From an uncultured cyanobacterium (GTDB lineage: Bacteria; Cyanobacteriota; Cyanobacteriia; Cyanobacteriales; CAWUOF01): 64,000 bases of DNA. The notes beneath the pieces were generated by a model. The model was given only the letters and a program-made list of their open reading frames with translations. It did no database searches and was not told the origin of the DNA. Of the stretch, positions 60,144-64,000 are shown piece by piece. The number at the start of each line of letters is the position of its first letter. Within the stretch, counting starts at the first letter, position 1. The stretch covers positions 5,280,001 through 5,344,000 of the forward strand of contig CAVUSO010000001.1 in assembly GCA_963744145.1 (NCBI GenBank). The letters run 5' to 3'. Made by a program: the position numbers and the translations under genes.

Positions 60144-61328
60144 CTAGAGAAACAATTGAAAGATTTCCCTAGCGGCGCGATCGCAAGCTCCCACCTCTCC
60201 TAGAGCCTGGCGCATTTTTTTATAGTTGTCAATAGTCTTAGCACGACGAACTGGATCAAACAAAAGTTCCCGTGCCAGAGAAATAATATTTTCCGGTGTT
60301 GCTTGGGTTTGGAGTAGTTCCGGGACGATCGGCTGCATCTGGACTAAATTAACCGGGGACATAAAGGGAATCGAAAACTTAAACACTTGAGTTGCAATCC
60401 AGAAAGTAATCGGATGAACCCGATACACTACCACCTGGGGCACATTCAATAAAGCTAGCTCTAAATTTACAGTTCCCGACTTAGTAATCGCCAAATCCAC
60501 CGCAGCGAGAACATCTGGAGTTTGATTAGCCACAACAGTCGCCCGCAATTGATAAAATTCAATGGCGGCGGTAATAGGTTGACGGTAAGCTTCTAGAGAA
60601 AGGGGAATCCAAAAATTCACATCGGGCAACTGGGCTTGAATTTGTTGGGCCGCAGTAAAGATCATCGGTAATAAATATTTGATTTCTTGTTGACGAGAAG
60701 CAGGTAAAAGCGCGATCGCTGTACTATCTGACTTAATCCCCAAGCGATCGCGAGCCACCGCACGACTAGGAAAAGATTGCAAGCGATCTAACAGCGGATG
60801 ACCAACCCAAGTAACCGCAGCCCCTTTATTGCGAAAATACTCGGCTTCACCGGGAAAAATAGCGAGGAGACGGTCAATGTGGGAAACGATCTGAGTAGTA
60901 TTGTGGGGATTAACAGACCAAATCCAGTCTTGAGGAGCAATATAATAGACCACAGGCACCTGGGGCAGATGGCGCTTGATATACTGCAACATCCCCAGAT
61001 TTGGTCCAACATAATCAATTAACACCACCAGATCCGGTGGATATTGGCGCAGATATTGTTGAGCTTGACGCTGAATCTTTAAAGTTGGCCAGATATAAGG
61101 AATCGATTCGAGAATACCAACCGAACCAATTCGGCTCGTATTACCTAACAGTAAAGCACCAGCCGCCGCCATCTGAGTTCCACCTAGGGCGACAATTTCT
61201 AATTGAATATTAGCTATCTGGGCTTGACGTTGGAGCGCAGCAATCAGCATTGCTCCTTGCAAATCACCAGAAACTTCACCCGTGCTAATAAACAAGCGGA
61301 ATTTTGAAGAAGGATTTAATTGGTCCAT
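60144..61328 (-). CDS. lpxB: Lipid-A-disaccharide synthase
   Basis: STGEVSGDLQGA, LIDY, YYIAPQ, WVGHPLLD, LLPASR, KSGTVNLE. Confidence 0.96.
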   Translation of the reverse strand: MDQLNPSSKFRLFISTGEVSGDLQGAMLIAALQRQAQIANIQLEIVALGGTQMAAAGALLLGNTSRIGSVGILESIPYIWPTLKIQRQAQQYLRQYPPDLVVLIDYVGPNLGMLQYIKRHLPQVPVVYYIAPQDWIWSVNPHNTTQIVSHIDRLLAIFPGEAEYFRNKGAAVTWVGHPLLDRLQSFPSRAVARDRLGIKSDSTAIALLPASRQQEIKYLLPMIFTAAQQIQAQLPDVNFWIPLSLEAYRQPITAAIEFYQLRATVVANQTPDVLAAVDLAITKSGTVNLELALLNVPQVVVYRVHPITFWIATQVFKFSIPFMSPVNLVQMQPIVPELLQTQATPENIISLARELLFDPVRRAKTIDNYKKMRQALGEVGACDRAAREIFQLFL

Positions 61329-62146
61329 TCTTCATCCTGACCCTGGGATTTAATTTTCTGGCCAGAAATTGGGCCGCGACGTCCCGGTTGTCCAGAAGCT
61401 TGTAAAAACCAGTATAGATGGGATAAAAATTCGCTATCTTCCATGGTTTGTAATTCAGCCAGTGCTTGATTGAGAGTTAAACCAGAACGATAGAGCATCC
61501 GGAAAGCAGTTTTTAGGTGTCGCAATTGGGTAATCCCAAAACCAGCTCGTTTTAGTCCGACCAGATTTAGCGATCGCACCCTTGCAGGATTACCTTCCAC
61601 CAACATATAGGGCGGGACATCCCGATCAATCCGACTCATCCCGCCCACCATCGCCAAACGACCAATGTGAACAAACTGATGAATCCCTAAAACGCCACCA
61701 ATCGTTGCTTTGGACTCAATCTGAACATGACCCGCCAAAGCCACAGCATTAGCGATCACTACTTGGTTTTCAATCACACAATTATGAGCCACATGAACAT
61801 AAGCCATCAGCAAATTATCATTACCAATCACTGTGGCTGCACCTGCTTGAGTAGCACGGTTGATTGTGACATATTCACGAATTCTATTCCCGTTGCCAAT
61901 TTTTACCAAACTGAGAGCCCCATCATATTTCAGGTCTTGGGGTTCTAACCCGATCGCTGCACCTGGAAAAATTTGGTTGCGCTCACCAATTTCCGTCCAA
62001 CCTTCGAGAACTACATGGGAACCAATTTCTGTGTAGGGACCAATTTTTACTTGTTCTCCAATCACAGCATAAGCACCCACCTTAACAGTGGGATGTATTT
62101 TAGCACCAGGATGAATTACGGCTGTGGGGTGAATTAGGGTAGTCAT
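61316..62146 (-). CDS. lpxA: Acyl-ACP--UDP-N-acetylglucosamine O-acyltransferase
   Basis: IHPTAVI hexapeptides, PQDLKY, IREYVTINRAT, HVAHNC, LAGHV. Confidence 0.97.
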   Translation of the reverse strand: MTTLIHPTAVIHPGAKIHPTVKVGAYAVIGEQVKIGPYTEIGSHVVLEGWTEIGERNQIFPGAAIGLEPQDLKYDGALSLVKIGNGNRIREYVTINRATQAGAATVIGNDNLLMAYVHVAHNCVIENQVVIANAVALAGHVQIESKATIGGVLGIHQFVHIGRLAMVGGMSRIDRDVPPYMLVEGNPARVRSLNLVGLKRAGFGITQLRHLKTAFRMLYRSGLTLNQALAELQTMEDSEFLSHLYWFLQASGQPGRRGPISGQKIKSQGQDEEWTN

Positions 62147-62163
62147 TTACTCACGATCTGTTT

Positions 62164-62679
62164 TTAATCGACGATCGAAAACATCAATTCGCCCTCTGCT
62201 ACCAGTTGGCCATCTACTTCCGCCCGAGCTTGCATTTTGCCAAACCAACGTCGTTTAATACATAACAATTCGACTGTCATCACTAACTGATCTCCCGGGA
62301 CAACGGGACGGCGAAATTTAGCTTTATCAATCCCGGCAAACATACACAAACCTTGCTCAACTTCGGACATCTGGGTTAAAACGATGCCACCCACTTGTGC
62401 CATTGCTTCGATAATTAGGACTCCGGGCATAATTGGACGTCCGGGAAAGTGCCCTTGAAAATGGGGTTCATTAAAAGTAACATTTTTAATCCCCACAGCT
62501 AGTTTGTCCGGTACATAATCAATAATTCGATCAACTAAAGCAAAAGGATAGCGGTGGGGTAGTAGTTTTTGAATTTCTTCCAAAGTAAAAATGGTTTTTT
62601 TGCGCGGGGCGATCGCGCCATCGACTGAGATTTCCTCAGATATCAAGGTATTCGGGCTATTTTCCGTCAATGTGGACAT
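62164..62679 (-). CDS. fabZ: 3-hydroxyacyl-ACP dehydratase
   Basis: [34 protein letters not shown] 62679. Confidence 0.97.
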   Translation of the reverse strand: MSTLTENSPNTLISEEISVDGAIAPRKKTIFTLEEIQKLLPHRYPFALVDRIIDYVPDKLAVGIKNVTFNEPHFQGHFPGRPIMPGVLIIEAMAQVGGIVLTQMSEVEQGLCMFAGIDKAKFRRPVVPGDQLVMTVELLCIKRRWFGKMQARAEVDGQLVAEGELMFSIVD

Positions 62680-62683
62680 AGGC

Positions 62684-63580
62684 TCAATGCAATACTTGCG
62701 ATTTGGGATAAGATGGAACAATTGGTGAGGTAAGCGCCACAATCTTCTGAGCAAGTTGGATATGCAAATTATGGCTGGCTTTATAGGCGAGAAAATGAGC
62801 GATCGGCCAAGTTGCTAATAAGCTCAGATCCCCTAATAAGTCTAAGATTTTATGACGTACTGGTTCATTTTCAAAGCGTAAGGGTGGATTAAGCCAACCT
62901 GTGGCACTACAAACCAGCGCATTTGCTAATGTTCCACCTTTAATTAAACCAGCAGCACGCAGTTGCTCAATCTGATTAGCTAACCCAAAAGTCCGCGCTG
63001 GAGCAATTGTGGTCGCAAAACTGTCTCGCTCTGGGTGCCAAGTATGCCACTGTTGACCGATCGCTGGGAAATCAAAGTCAATTCCGTAGGAAAAACAAGT
63101 AGTTGGTGCAGGGAGTGCAGCTACAAAAGCATCACCATAATTTACCCAGATTGGTTCAGTAATGGCATAAATTGGTAGCTCAATCGACATGGTTTGACTT
63201 GGTGATCGGACTAATCCGACCTGAGCGATCGCTTCTACCCAAATTTGAGCTGAACCATCAAGTAAGGGGACTTCTGAGCCATCAATTTCGATCCGCACAT
63301 CATCTACACCCATTCCAGCTAAAGCTGCTAATAAGTGTTCTACTGTGCGGACAGTAGCTTCCCCCTCAATCAGTTCTGTGGAGAGAGTAGTTTGATGAAC
63401 TGCTCCAACTCGAGCGGGAATGATGGGTTGTTGGGGGAGGTCAACCCGCACAAAATAGCGTCCATCACCAGAATTAGCCGGTAATAGCCGTACTTGAGTA
63501 GAAATTCCACTATGTAAACCGATCCCAGAGTGGAATATTTCTTTTGCTAGGGTATGAGAAGGTTTTTGCTCTTTGATCAT
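62684..63580 (-). CDS. lpxC: UDP-3-O-acyl-N-acetylglucosamine deacetylase
   Basis: [42 protein letters not shown]. Confidence 0.97.
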   Translation of the reverse strand: MIKEQKPSHTLAKEIFHSGIGLHSGISTQVRLLPANSGDGRYFVRVDLPQQPIIPARVGAVHQTTLSTELIEGEATVRTVEHLLAALAGMGVDDVRIEIDGSEVPLLDGSAQIWVEAIAQVGLVRSPSQTMSIELPIYAITEPIWVNYGDAFVAALPAPTTCFSYGIDFDFPAIGQQWHTWHPERDSFATTIAPARTFGLANQIEQLRAAGLIKGGTLANALVCSATGWLNPPLRFENEPVRHKILDLLGDLSLLATWPIAHFLAYKASHNLHIQLAQKIVALTSPIVPSYPKSQVLH

Positions 63581-63636
63581 AGGTTTCCTTTGGTGTATGG
63601 ATCATTAATCAGGATCATCAATGATCCAAATTGGCA

Positions 63637-64000
63637 TTAGAATCTTTCACCAATACCAAAGTGAATGTGAGTACCCCCTGATTCATTAATCCCGTAATCA
63701 ACCCGAATTGGACCTAACGGTGATTGAATGCGGACACCCAAACCATAACCGTAACCAGTTCCAGATTTACCTCGAATTCCCGCAGGATTACCTGGAACAC
63801 TTGATGCTGTTCCTAAGTCACTGCCAAAATCAAAAAATAATGCTCCACCGAGAAAAGCAAATAGAGGAAAGCGATATTCCGCACTAGTTTGGACAAAACT
63901 GCGACCCGCACCTAAATCACCTTCGTCATAACCACGTACTGAGTTACTACCTCCCAAAGCAAAAGCTTCATAAGGTGGTAAATCCCCGATCGCAGTTCCA
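63637..64000 (-). CDS. BamA/Omp85 outer-membrane protein, C-terminal end (5' part outside the window)
   Basis: VRGYDEG, SPLGPIRVDYG, terminal HFGIGERF; upstream of lpxC. Confidence 0.92.
   Translation of the reverse strand, partial: GTAIGDLPPYEAFALGGSNSVRGYDEGDLGAGRSFVQTSAEYRFPLFAFLGGALFFDFGSDLGTASSVPGNPAGIRGKSGTGYGYGLGVRIQSPLGPIRVDYGINESGGTHIHFGIGERF

Larger units (their letters stand above)
1..64000. repeat. HIP1 octamer (GCGATCGC) dispersed genome-wide
   Basis: Many GCGATCGC occurrences in genes and intergenic DNA; a known cyanobacterial hallmark. Confidence 0.95.

Noticed and set aside
1..64000. tRNA, rRNA or riboswitch genes
   Set aside because: None recognised by eye; a tRNAscan-SE/Infernal search would be needed to exclude small RNAs.

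Overview
This is a cyanobacterial chromosomal window: the HIP1 octamer GCGATCGC recurs throughout, and chlP, rpaA, GUN4-domain and pentapeptide genes are present. Housekeeping blocks are cysA, chlP, rpaA, gpmI-secG, ugd/UDP-glucuronate decarboxylase, lepA, moaA, rpsD, thioredoxin, mutS2 and bamA-lpxC-fabZ-lpxA-lpxB. Between them lie several accessory regions. (i) A large ORF running off the window start and missing from the ORF track fuses a LivJ-like periplasmic binding domain to a Cys-loop (pLGIC) type extracellular domain. (ii) A five-copy head-to-tail array of near-identical Uma2/DUF820 nuclease genes has a different 21-bp coiled-coil repeat number in each copy; two copies share one frameshift, and three spacers hold a collapsed mini-Uma2 relic. 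(iii) A chemotaxis-like cluster has a frameshifted hybrid cheA. (iv) A split TIR-TIR/TIR-TM-WD40 gene is followed by a periodic HIP1 array. (v) An intact IS4 with 64-bp TIRs sits in the loop of a REP-like hairpin. (vi) At about 48.3-52.5 kb, a row of co-oriented nuclease and toxin-antitoxin modules is punctuated by a conserved ~64-bp HIP1-terminated repeat and a shared promoter-like motif; this is the best candidate for an undescribed HIP1-linked cassette system. MITEs, REPs and IS relics are frequent. All family calls come from motif recognition by eye; no database search was run.
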